Assembly (NCBI GenBank): GCA_030141605.1
Contig: JAQGDQ010000396.1
Span: forward strand, 1 to 64,000
From: Tubiluchus corallicola
Taxonomy: Eukaryota; Animalia; Priapulida
Length of the DNA stretch: 64,000 nucleotides
Reading direction: 5' to 3'
In this document: positions 12,318-25,505 of the stretch, piece after piece
Position numbering within the stretch: position 1 is the stretch's first letter
Layout: every line of letters starts with the position of its first letter
The notes under the pieces: model-generated
Databases searched by the model: none
Seen by the model: the letters and a program-made list of their open reading frames with translations, nothing else
Told to the model about the DNA's origin: nothing
Translations under genes and position numbers: made by a program

Positions 12318-12938
12318 TATATCGTTTTATATATTTTTATATATAAAATATATAATTTCTCAGTTTTGTTTCTTTCCATATTCTCCATGTGGAACAAAAT
12401 TTTTGTTTATTCTGTTGTTTGTATTAAATAATAATGTTCAAAATTATTTTTTGTTGTGTACTTTCACTCAGCCATACATTATTAGAATTAAATGGGCAAT
12501 TGAGAGTGCCTACTTCTTGGAACAGCACTACCCACAAGGTAGGAGTTGCTCTGGATCATCACATCATGAAATCAGTCACTACAGTCCATTGATGAGCTTG
12601 AAATTTTTCATTTGTTAGGCCCTATTTAAAATTTGCCAAGTTTGTCTATCGCACATTAGTGCTGAAATTCATTTTTGCTTTCCAAAACTTTTTCCTGTTT
12701 ATGATGTTATGACTAGCTGCACTTGTTGGATGTTAATTAAGTTTCTATGTTTCAGATAATTTTGATGGTTATAGGCTATAAATTAAAAATAATGTATGCT
12801 TTAAACCATAGGCCAGAATAAGATTTGACATGAGAAGTAATGAAAAAATGGACGGCTAATAATGACTCCTGTTTTTTATTCATATTCTGTAGACGGGGAG
12901 TCTGGCAAACACTGACTGAGACTCGCACATTTGCCATT

Positions 12939-13939
12939 ATGGCATCCATTTTACAAAACGACACACCTGTTAACATTTTTGCACGAAGGACGGAATCAAT
13001 TGATGTTGCTGATATATATCCACTTGTTGATAACAACACATTGCGCATATTTGGTGAAATAGATATTACATATTTGGTGTAAGTTGTTGTTTCTTATTTT
13101 ACTCCTTTACATTTATGTTTGCTTACACTCATTAGTTATTTTTAATCAGTTTAATGCACACTGCAAGCCATAATCTAGACATACAACAGCAAAGTTTGTG
13201 CACCAGTAACATTTACATTTGTAGTGAGAGCAGATTATGGCTTATAATCAAGGATGACACTTAAGATCTGCCACTGCCCTGGCAAAGGTATCAGTCATGT
13301 TCAGATAGATTCTTTCTTAATGAGATCAACATTTAGAATTAGTCATACATTAAATCTGTTCAAAAGGATAAAAAATTATTTTTTACCACAAAATATTCAT
13401 TGATAAGTTAATTTCAATTCTATTTTTAATTATGTTGTGAGGCAACCAAAGTTTAATTGAAATTTAAATGAATATTTGCAGTCAGTGTGTTGAAAAAGGC
13501 AGAAATGAATTAAAAATTCGAAGTCATCATGATCGCGTTATGTATTATCAAATTGAGTTATCAAAATCTGGAAAGTTGTTTACAGTTCACACTGCCAAAA
13601 TTTCACAATCATTTATACTAAATTAAAAAAAAATTCGAAAAGCTTGAAGTGTGGTTTAGGCAATAGGTGCTTACTTATCACTGGGCTATAATTTGAATGT
13701 GGGCAGTTTATATTTTTTACATCTACAAACTGCTTTTTTATGCATTTATGCTTTTCTCTTTCAGTGAAAGAGCTAATTTGGCTGTTACACTCACCGATGA
13801 CAAGGACAGCATTATTGGATTTGCAGCTTTTTTGGATTATCCCAGACTTGATGAAGACACGAATTTGGTATGGGATCAGCAATTTCTGTCTTTCTCTCTC
13901 TGTGTGTTTATTCCTTCTTTTCCTCTCTAATATCCCCCC

Positions 13940-14027
<88 letters not shown>

Positions 14028-17000
14028 CTCTCTCTTTCTGTCTCTTTCTGTCTCTCTCCTTTTTTGCTTTTCTCTTTCTCTTAGGCTTCCTGTCTCGCTC
14101 TTAGCTTCACATTGAAAAATGACACATATTTTTACTATTTTTCGAAAAAAGTGTTTCTTTTCTGCATTTGTTAACATCATAGACCTTAATTTTTGGTTTA
14201 GTACATGTACTTGAAATAGATTTTTTGTTTGATAGTTTGTGTCACTTTAAAATGTAAGCCTATTCGAATTTCAAAATGCTTAATTATGTACCAATGCTAT
14301 TTATTTGAAAGTTTAAATTCTATGTCCAAGTTAGTCATTTATTTCTTATTGTAGATTAATTGGGTGTCATGCTTTAAGATGGAGTGGAGTTGTGAAAAAT
14401 CTACCCCTATTAATACTTTGTTTCTGCACTACTTTGCTGCAATGAGTCAAATTGCTGCTGCTTGTGCCAAGGAAGTTGTACGCACCGTGTTCAATGCTTT
14501 ACCGGAACTAAGATTTATATACCTAGTTACACCGTTTCGCCTGGGGAATGGTTTGTATATGAAAAATGATATTAGTTTTTGTTGTATAATGTATATATAG
14601 ATGTGTGTAACTTATATTCTATAGTGTATATTATGCCTGGTTAAAGTAAATATAGTCCATAATTGATGGTTTTTAGAAGCATTTATTTCAACTTCTATTT
14701 TTGCAAAAGCTGTGTTGAAATAAAATACTTGCGATTTTGAACTTTTTTAAAGTTACTATAAAAGCCAAATGGGTTTGTGCTCAGAGAACATACAACTAAA
14801 TGCTATGGTTTGACATTTTGGCTATATTTGTGATAATATCCAATCAACTCTTTTTCTTAATTGATTCCTGTAAGATGTTTTTCCAGGTTCAAAACTAAAA
14901 ATTTAAAAAACTAGAAACTTTGTCCATAAAATTTTTCCAACTTCCTAGTTTTTGCCAAAGCTTTTTTGTCATTATTTTGGAATTCAAAATTGTTCCACTC
15001 CATTTGACGATATTCATTGAGTTAACAACACTGTCACAAATTTTTCCTTGAAACCAGTACCTGTTCTTTGTAGTAATAAGTTATTATCAATAGTACATTA
15101 ATTGCTTCATTGTGTAACCGTTTCTGCATAGATTAGTGTTAATCTGTTTACCTCACAATGATCTAGAGATCTTGAGTGTACATTTTGTGTGCCTTTCTTG
15201 TTAATCACTAGAACAACTAGAAATAGTTTGAGTTTTTTCTACTATAACATAAGGGCTTTGCATGAAATCTTATAATTCTGAGCATATCTAAAGGGGCAGT
15301 TATTGCCCTTGTATCCCTTTTGCATCATATTAGATTAAGCATTTTTTGGCAAAAGCGGAATTTTATGCTTAATGTAATGTATGTAAGTAGGTAATGTGAA
15401 TATTGTTCATTTTGTTCTATCTAGGAAATTTGTGCACAATTTCTTTTGCAACTTATCATGTTTTTCTTATAATTTGGTACTGTTGATTATGGAGAAGATC
15501 AGCTATGCATGTCTTTGAACCTCTTCTTTTTCCTTAATGGCTTCTTTCAGCCAGCCATAATTAAAGAGCCTGAGCTGTCTGCTATAAAAAGATAAATGCA
15601 AAAATAAACTTATTTTTTACTTTCTCTGCAAGTTCAAAAATTATCATAACTTTAATTTCTTTTCGTACGTGGTAATCTTTTGCTTTCAGATTATGTCTTA
15701 TCTGATTTGTTCGAAGAAGTAGAAAGGGGTGGATCATCCAGGATAAGTATTGACTTGCCAATCACAGATACTGGCATGGATCAACCTGATGAGCAGATTA
15801 AGAAAGAGCCAAGCTGGTGGTCTATGGCTGGGTTTATGTTATACTGCTGTTATTCTCACAAATATTGGCCTCATCTACATATTCGCTCTGCTGAGTATGA
15901 TGTTACATTTACTGCTTTTTTTGAATGATGTAGCTTTTTTCAAATCTGGATTCCAAACATTTGGTTCACTGCATGGGCCACATAAGGTAGGGTCGTATGT
16001 GTGCTTAATGCGTGATCCGTGATCCATTATGCATGATATTGACTGCTTCCATGTGTTGGTGAATGCTATGCATATTAACAAAGCCCACAATGCTAACAAA
16101 GAGAACAATACATACGATCTCTTAGTAAAAGAAGTGCTACTAGAAGCAGTACAACATAATTATACACTTCTTCCACCTTTGAAAAACTCGGGTGGAAGAA
16201 ATATTATTGTGTGTAGCTTCTGAAGTGACCAAAGCTTACCTGACTAGGAAGCAGTCAGCAAAAATGGTCACCGAAAACTTGAAATGAGCTAAGCAACAGT
16301 GGTTTCCCCCTCTGTGTATTGCTGTGTGATGTGCGTATGGGCGACAGCAGTGAATTTGGACAAGTACACATGAAAACACTTCCACGTATTTAAATACAAA
16401 CGCATGACCTTATGCATTACGAACACACGGAGCCCTATTTAACTATTTTAAAGAAACCCAGTAAAGAAACCGTGTTAATGATGACAGAACTGTAATATTT
16501 ACTGTACTAGTCTTTAAACTGGTAGTGTCTGCAGTTGTTATTAATGATCACACCAAAAGGACTGGTACTGTTGGTATGCACACTGAAAAAGCTCATTTAT
16601 TTAGGATAGAAGATACTGAGAATCTGATGCCAATTTTTAAAAAATACAATGACATCCTGGAGAAAACTTATGGTTCATATTTTTTAGCAGATGTGATTGA
16701 GTCGCAAGATGAGAATCACAAATCATTAGTAGCCGAGGTAATCACATTGTATTCTAAGCTTTACTAAAAACTGTCAGTACAGTCTGTCAGTCTCTTGTAA
16801 ATTTGGCACCTGTCGAGGCTTGGAATGGGAGATAGTATTTTTGTCCTGTCCTGCACTATTGCATTGATATCCCCTTTTAGAAATCTCCCACCGTAAATAG
16901 CAGCTTATATAATATAGCCTGCAATGACATTTGCATCTTTTGTACTGCGGATGACTGTTTTACTTATTTTGGATAACTCGAATCTTTCAGGCAAATTTCA

Positions 17001-20000
17001 TTCAGTTTCTTTAAACTCAATAATAGGAGTTCTGTTTAAAATGAAGCCCTATTCCTTCAATTTAATTTTTGGTCAATGTTTATTAAAATATCGTACGTTG
17101 ATTTGTGACTCCCTCTCTTAACATTACAGAGTATTCGTGCTACTTTACTTGTACTTTACGCAATTTGTGCATCTAGTGCTGAAAAAAGTAATAATTTTTG
17201 TGTGAATAATGCAATACAATTCTGTCGGCCATTGCGCTGTTAGCAGTGTTTCTGGATTGACCAGGTCTACAATTGTCATCTGCTGCAGCAGATGTAAAAT
17301 CAGCTTTTGACTTGCAGGTAAATCGGATTGCGGTAGGTTACATTGGATTATGCAAAGAAGTGGATGTTGTTCTGCTTAACAGCTGCTTTGAGCTACGACC
17401 ATTTCACGGACTGTATAAACCGCATGAGGATGATGAGCTAGAGCCACAACCTCCACCACCACCTCCAAAAACTCCAACGCCTACTCCTAGGGAGAGCAAG
17501 GTATGGATGTTTATAAAGTTAGGTGTATCCATAGCTTATGATATAATGGATTTTGCTCAGCTTTTCTGTTTGCCAGCTTGTCTGTCTATTCTTAGTTCAT
17601 TTGTCTAGTTGGTATTGAATAAGCATAAATGATTTCTTTTTTGCAGTTTTCTCATTTTTATGATTATGTCACCATTTTGGAAAAATTTGATAAAATAGAT
17701 TTTAAAAAATTTATTTTAACAGCAATCTACAGCAAGTGTACGAACATTTCAAGCATCGGCTCTAAGAGCCAGTAAAGATTTGGTACAGAGCAAAGCGAGC
17801 ACAGCTGGTCAAAGTTCTCTAGCAAATGATGCAAGGGAAGAAGACAAAGCATCCAGGTGGTCTAGGTTGTCGAGCGTCGTGAAAAGAGGTGCATTACGAC
17901 CTATAACACCATCAGGAGAATCTCGCCAATCCATTCTAGTGACAGATACGTCACATCGTGGCTCTCACACTGCAGATACCTCTCATCATGTTTCTCTGGC
18001 AACAGATCCATCACCTCATGTCGCACCATTGACAGATACATCGAGTTACATCACCCAGGCAACACATGCATCAGAACCCATTATTTCGGAAGTGTCTAGT
18101 CTCCAGCTGCCTAGCAATATTGAACTTGTACGAAGAACTACTGATGTTGGTAAACTGTCTGCAAGCTTTGCAACTAGAACTGTCAGTCTCACGTCATATA
18201 TGAAAAGCTTCCTCCTTTCTGAAGATCGAGAGAGCATGTTGGTGTCTACTAGATCTACAGAATTTGTGCCGAAATATTACGGCAAACCAAATGTGTTTTG
18301 CATTCAGCTGTTTTGCATTGACGAACAGTATGACATGAGATCCGTTGATTTTCTACCTAAAGCATTTGAACTTTTTCCTGATTGTGAGTACTGTGTGATT
18401 GCCATGCCACATCTAGTCCCAGAATTTCCTCTTCTGAGTAACTTTATCCGCATGACGCCAAAAAACTACAGCACTTTCCCGCATGAATTATATCTGTTTC
18501 ATTCTTCTGGTTTGCTAAAAACTTTATCAGTGCGACCTGCTCATGAAGTCGATGTAGAAAGCATTTCCACTTTAGTAAAAAAGCTGGATAACAGTATTGC
18601 AATTATTGATGATCTCAAAATATGTATTTCTAAAGCGAATCAAGATGGTGAGACAACTACAGACGATATAGAAGACGAGACAAATCTGCGAGTGTATGTT
18701 GCTGAGTGCATGAATCAAGTGGTTGGTGTATCAGCTGTTAGACAAGAGACTGACATCAATTTTATACGATCGCATTATAACATTGAGGACTTCATATATT
18801 TTTCACAAAATAATAAGAAAGAACATTTACATTTGAATCATTTTGTGCTAAATCCCGTGTTCCAGCATTACACCAAGCACTTTATTAAAGAAGTCCTGCG
18901 ACAGACGAATTGCACTTGTTTATATTATCCAGTGTATAAAGAGTCTGAGGTATACTTTAATTTGTCGTGCAGTTTTTTATATATTATGTTTTTGATAATG
19001 TTTTGCATTTTGTTATATTTTTGCTTTTCTTGTCTTAGTGATCAATTTACAGCATTTGAAAATCATTTCTGATATTTCTGAATAGATAATTATAAACTGA
19101 TTCACTGATACATTCAGCATTGCAAAAAAGCTCCAAGATAAAGCCTTAAATTGTAATTTTACCATCTGGTTTATTCAGGTTTTACATCAGATATAGCACT
19201 CTTCACGTAGCCCCTCTTTCCCGGCTATTATATGTATTCACCTTAAAGTAGCTCAAACTTGCGACCTTATCGTTATTACTCGGACTCTCTAAACTAACGA
19301 CTTCCGTAAGCCATTGTGGCAAATACCTAATAGATACCAGTAAGCAGCGAATTTGTTTGTTATCTGTAGTTGTGGTAAAGGACTTTCTGTAAGAAAATGT
19401 TGGCCTTTTGCATTTACTCTTTAGAATGGTTCTAGCCGCGTTTAAAAATTAATCTTATTTTTGCTAATATACAAAACAAGAAGTATATCTTTGTTTCAAA
19501 TGAGGGATAGTTGACTAATTTAAAAAAAAAACTCTGATAATCTAAAACATTTAAAGTTTTCTACAGAGAATTATGCTACTTTTACATAAAATCCTCAATT
19601 TCTACAATTCAGCACTCTGCAAGCTGGAGTGCAGCACTTGTCAGCAAAGCATACTTAATGTAGAAGGTATATGTGGCACCTTGAGACACTTGAGTGGCAA
19701 AGGTGTTTCAGCCGTGCTAGGATGAGTATATGTTGTCCCTCTGTGAGGTAAATCCACTGATATTACGTGCAAGGTGTTAAACTTTGCATCACTCTTCCAT
19801 TTACTGACCTGGATCAGAATAACTTAACTTTGATGAATGAACACACACACTATAACAATTGCCTTCTCCTTTTAAATTCTTTTTTTTTGTTGAAAGGTGA
19901 CGGAACTGAAAAAGCACAGTCTGGTAACAGTGCTGGATAACCTAGTGCCAGTGCGAAGTCGCAGGCAAATCATCTATCCCACAAAGGAATTGGGGATAAA

Positions 20001-20187
20001 TGCACCACAGGAGAATATCTTACAACGAAAGGGAGATTTTGCTCTATGTCATACAAATAGAAAATTGACATTAGAGCCAAAGGTGTGCATGAGCTTGTAC
20101 GTATATTGATTTCATGATATATGTGAACTATCAGATAGTTTTATTGGCTAGCTTTTATTGAGTACTGTTAACTAGCTTTCATCTCTG

Positions 20188-20267
<80 letters not shown>

Positions 20268-20663
20268 GAGAGAGAGAGATGAGACCACATACACCCATAT
20301 ATATATATATATATTTTTTATATGATCGCATTATAACATTGAGGACTTCATATATTTTTCACAACATAATAAGAAAGAACATTTACATTTGAATCATTTT
20401 GTGCTAAATCCCGTGTTCCAGCATTGCAAAAAAGCTCCAAGATAAAGCCTTAAATTGTAATTTTACCATCTGGTTTATTCAGGTTTTGCATCAGATATAG
20501 CACTCTTCACGCAGCCCCTCTTTCCCGGCTATTATATGTATTCACCTTAAAGTAGCTCAAACTTGCGACCTTATCGTTATTACTCGGACACTCTAAACTG
20601 ACGACTTCCGTAAGCCATTGTGGCAAATACCTAATAGGTACAAGTAAGCAGCGAAGTTGTTTG

Positions 20664-20759
<96 letters not shown>

Positions 20760-23700
20760 ATCTAAATTAATATTCGGTGAGTAATGACAGCAATTAGTCA
20801 CCTTAGCACTCGTTTGAGGAGCGAGCACACAGAAAATCAGTAGAGTAAAATTTCCACTGTAAGTACAGTGAATTGAAGAATCTTCTGATTTTTATCAGGT
20901 GACTGTTAACGCTCGCATTGTGGTAGTCGGTGCGTCCGATACAAGTATTGCCTTTTTGGAAACCCTAGTCTTTAGTCCTCATCTTCGGTTCCACAACATA
21001 ACAGTTGTATCAAGGAATGGCTTACCTGCTAATGAGTATCCGTGTCCAGCTTTTTCACATACTAGGTAATGAAAATCTTTAAGCTGTGTTAGCTGTCGAA
21101 AATTCTGGACTGTTCGTCCTATGTAACGGAGGTAATATACATCTATATACAAAAAATCTTTATTTACTTAAAGTGGATGAACAAAACAGTAGTACAAACT
21201 GTACACTTAACATACATTTAACCAGATGTTGAGAGTTTGTAATATTTTTAAAACGTGGTGTAATAAAGTTAACTGGCCTTAACCCAATAATAGATTTTAG
21301 ATACGTACTGAATTGTGATAAACTAGAATTGTTTACTACAAGGACAAGACTGATATCTCAAGTGAGACATCTGAATTCTGTAATCACAGGGTTCTATATT
21401 CGAATCCTTTTTAGCTCCCAATTTTTCACCACCTTCCTTCTTTAAATAATTAGCCGTTAATTAATAGTTATTTATGCATAAGCTGTTAAGTTTATTAATT
21501 TTGGCTTATCACAAAAATATCTAAATTATAATAGCTCTAATTCTTATCTATCACTTCTGTAGTGAATGCTACACACCAACTCAGCTGAGTCAGATGGCTT
21601 TGCATACATGGGTCAATGTTGTTGTCGGAAAGATGACCAATATTAACAGGACAGAGAAGTATATCTTAGTTAACAGTTGTGGCAAGGTGCCTTATGATTA
21701 TCTAGTTATTTGTGCAGGTACGGAATCTCAGTTTCTGATAAGTTTTTAAATAAATAAAATAAATTTCTAATATTTTACAATAGACTAGTCATAATTAGCA
21801 CAACAAGTATCCAATTTGTCATCAGGAATGGTCGGATTCCGATTATGATCGATGATTAGAGTATGATCACAGTGATTGGACTATTTTAATCAGGCATTGC
21901 CAATCACGGTTGCAAGTCAGTAGTAATAACTAAGGCAAAAAAACTTAGATTTTCTGTAATCAAGTGATGTTTATTAGTACCATCTGGAGCTTACAAAGGC
22001 AATTTTGTGTTCACACTTTAGAGTCTTCAAGTTGCATTGCGAGATATTTTTCTGGCCAGATAAATTACCTCAGCTACAGGGTGAGAACAATTGGTTGTGG
22101 ATGGAACAGTCATGTAGCCTCGCAGTTTTTGAACATTCTCTGTTTGAATGAGAGCATAAAAATTTGAGTTAGTTCTTTTTGTAGTTGTAAAAATTTTTCT
22201 CATATTTTAACAGGTTAAATGCTGTTTGCAAGTTGTAGGTGCTGCAGCTGCAATAAGCCAGTAATTGCACCTGTTATTCTTAAATACCAATTTGTTACCT
22301 AAATATCAAAGTTGTGTAAAACTATGTAAAGTCACAACAGGAATCACAATTTATTATATTATGACAGCACCATCTGATATAACATCATCAGTTTCGCAGT
22401 ATCACAAGGACTAATCAGGACTAATAACTAGAATCTGATAATTGGAAATTGGATCGGAGGTGCTGAAAATAATTAGTGTGATTGAACCAACCCTGTTAGT
22501 CATTAGTCTAGCCAGCCATGCTAAAAGTATTGCAATTCATTAAATGTTTCATCATTTTAAACAGTCGAAGTCATTACCTTATGCAGTTTGTATCTTTTCT
22601 AGTACTTTCTACTAGTCTCCCGTTAAATTACTATTGAACTAAGTTCAAATAACAAACTAGTGTGCCTTTTGTGTTATGTGAATAATATTCTAATGTATGC
22701 AACTGCTCACATGCCGGGCATCTTGAACATTTTGGGAAAAAATCATGAACTTACAAATTACATTGTTGTTCTACACATAGCGTGCACTTCATTAATGCTG
22801 TTTGTAACGTCCATGTCAGTTCCCACATAAATAGACTCATGTAGTGGCTTACGTCATAAGAGTGTGGTGTTTGTTCAGTTAGTCTGTCAGTTGGTTGGTC
22901 ATCCCAGTTGCAGAGTTTGGAAAGAAAGCACAAACTCCAATCATTTTTGGCCCTTCTATGCTGTGCATATCTCAATGTGGATTCTACCTTTTGTTCAAAT
23001 GTGGAAGTAAAATAATATTAGTATTAAAAATATCTTTTCTGTAGCCTGTAAACGATAATGGCCATTAGCCAAGGTTAGTAAGTACTGCGGGAGGGCCAGT
23101 TTAATCGCTTGTAACGGTAGCTGTAGGAAGCCAGCGTATACCTATGCCTACTACTACTCTCGCAGGTATCGAAAAGAGGTCAGCAACTTTACTCCAGGTA
23201 CGGCACGTAGTTGGATATGACATGCAAGTAGTGTTGTCCACGTAGTCAGTTATAACGCATGGTGAGTTTGTCCATGAGGTCTGAAATTATTGGACAACTT
23301 GAGTGGGCAGATGTTTTTGGTGGTAGAGATTTCCACAAAGTTTGGTAACAATTAAGACTTTGTCTCATTGCTGTAATCGTATCATTGGGAAGTGCCATGG
23401 GCGTGCCGACAAACCGTTGAGAGGCGGATCCATGTTTGAGGTGTCGAGGCACCCCCAGTACGGTAACAACCCAGAGACTGTAAGTTGCACAATTTAGTAT
23501 TTGCTTATCTGATGCTAGCAGTTGCGGGGACGCTGGACTTAACCTCCTTGCTGATCAAGAAATTTGTGGTGACATTAAGAGATACTGAACTGCAACCTCA
23601 TCATAGAGGCGCCCTACGTTAGACTTAGTAGGCCTACTCAACCTCGATTGTGTATTTTCTAAGTGAGATAATGTCGACTGATCATCCTAGCACCAGCGAG

Positions 23701-25418
23701 GACTACATCATTTGGGGTGGCATGTAGTTAGGCAAATAGTTACCCCTTTCTAGTTAGGTTTAGCTGTTGTGCATTATTTGCCAATTTATTTGTTAGTTTA
23801 TTGACTTGATACTGTAAGTCCCAGGCTTAAAGGGTTTTGTTTATTTTGTGAACAAGGTAAAAGGTAACCATATTTAGCACATTCAAAAGTAGTTAAATTA
23901 GTGTTTGACTAATGATAGTGCTTTTTTACATATATTTTTTGTTGTTGCTTAATAATTATTTATTAATTGATTGTTTGTGCATTAGTTGCCTACGCATCGT
24001 CGTTTGCATTATCACAATGAGTACATTGTGTACAATGTGTACATGAGTACAACAGATTACTCCAAGAAATAAACTGCACATCCCACATCCGAACCATTCT
24101 GCTCAATAGACAGGCTTCCCGTAGTCTGCCTATAAGCTTGCCACTGTCCAGAGCTGACAGGCAGATGATTGGTCCCCCCGTTTCTTTAGCTCGGTCAGGC
24201 CAGTCGAATCGTTATCCAGCGACTACCTTCAATCAAACAACCTACCCCTAGTCGTCAGATCGTTACACTGCTATTTACGAGTTTTAGATAGGCTCTTGAT
24301 TTTTATTTCTTTAGCTGCTAGAATGGATTTAGATGTTTTGTTTGTTATTATTTGCAAAAAAGAAATAAGTTATAGTAACAGCTACTTGTTTAAAGAGCTA
24401 TGTGCTGTTTTTGACATGTTCCAATTGTATGTTTTTATGTAAAATATTGTGTTACTGCCTTTCTGTTATAATGGCAATTACTTGCTGTATATGTTGTTTA
24501 GGAGAACAGTATCAGCTTGCTGTACCATCAGGATTAGATCCAGATAATGCAACAAATGCTAATCTTCCTCCACCGTCTGCCAGTGACAGAAGACATGTTT
24601 TCACACCAAATAATGTCTTCACTATTAACGACAGAAAGGATGCGTACCTAGTCACTTTGTGGTTAAAGGAAAACTTTGACAAGTCTCAAGGCAAGTTTGT
24701 TTCACTATCTGCTGTACATAGAAAATGATAGGCGACCACTGCTAATCATCATTTTTAATGTAAGTAGTAATATGTTTTCTCTGAACATTGTTGTTGTTTT
24801 GATACACATATTTACACCCTTAACAAACATAGTTAATAAATTTAGGTTTTGAGGAATGCTGTTGCAATCCCACAGTTTTGTGTAGTTGATATTATAATAT
24901 ATGCTTTAAAAGCTTAGCATCAGTTTTATTGCATGCCACATCATATACGTCATGTCATTTGTAAGTCTGTGTAATTGAAATGTCACGTAAATTCTTAGTG
25001 GCAAATAAATAATAACAAGTAAATATTTCAGATGATGTTGTTATTTATGGATTTGGCATTGATTTCTTGTGTGCAATACGTGCAATGATGGAGCTCGGAA
25101 TTCCGTGTGAACGAATTATCTTAGTTGAACCACCACTGAATTATCAGGTAATGCTGCCAAATGTAAATGTAGTTTGAGGTGGTAGCTATTACACTAATTT
25201 GGAACATATAGTATTCTGTTAAACTGTAGGAATGGAAAATTATGAATGTCAGATTTTGAAATGATGTAAAATTTGTGCAGCATTCCTACTAATCCAATGT
25301 ACTGTATCTATCTGTTTTTGTTTAGATATTCATACAAGTAGTAGCACATCGCAATGGAAGTTTTAGTACGCATACATTTTTTATGATTCAAATCGTTAGA
25401 GTGGATGTGAGAGAAAAC

Positions 25419-25460
<42 letters not shown>

Positions 25461-25464
25461 GAGA

Positions 25465-25505
<41 letters not shown>

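Noticed and set aside
13740-14180. ORFs with SLSLSL or RERERE runs (also 44545-44907 and 53070-53476, and YIYIYI ORFs near 11.8 and 20.7 kb)
   Set aside because: Translations of (TC)n, (GA)n and (TA)n microsatellites.
21820-22497. Possible hAT MITE with GATTA/TAATC subterminal motifs
   Set aside because: TIRs are too degenerate and no TSD is evident.
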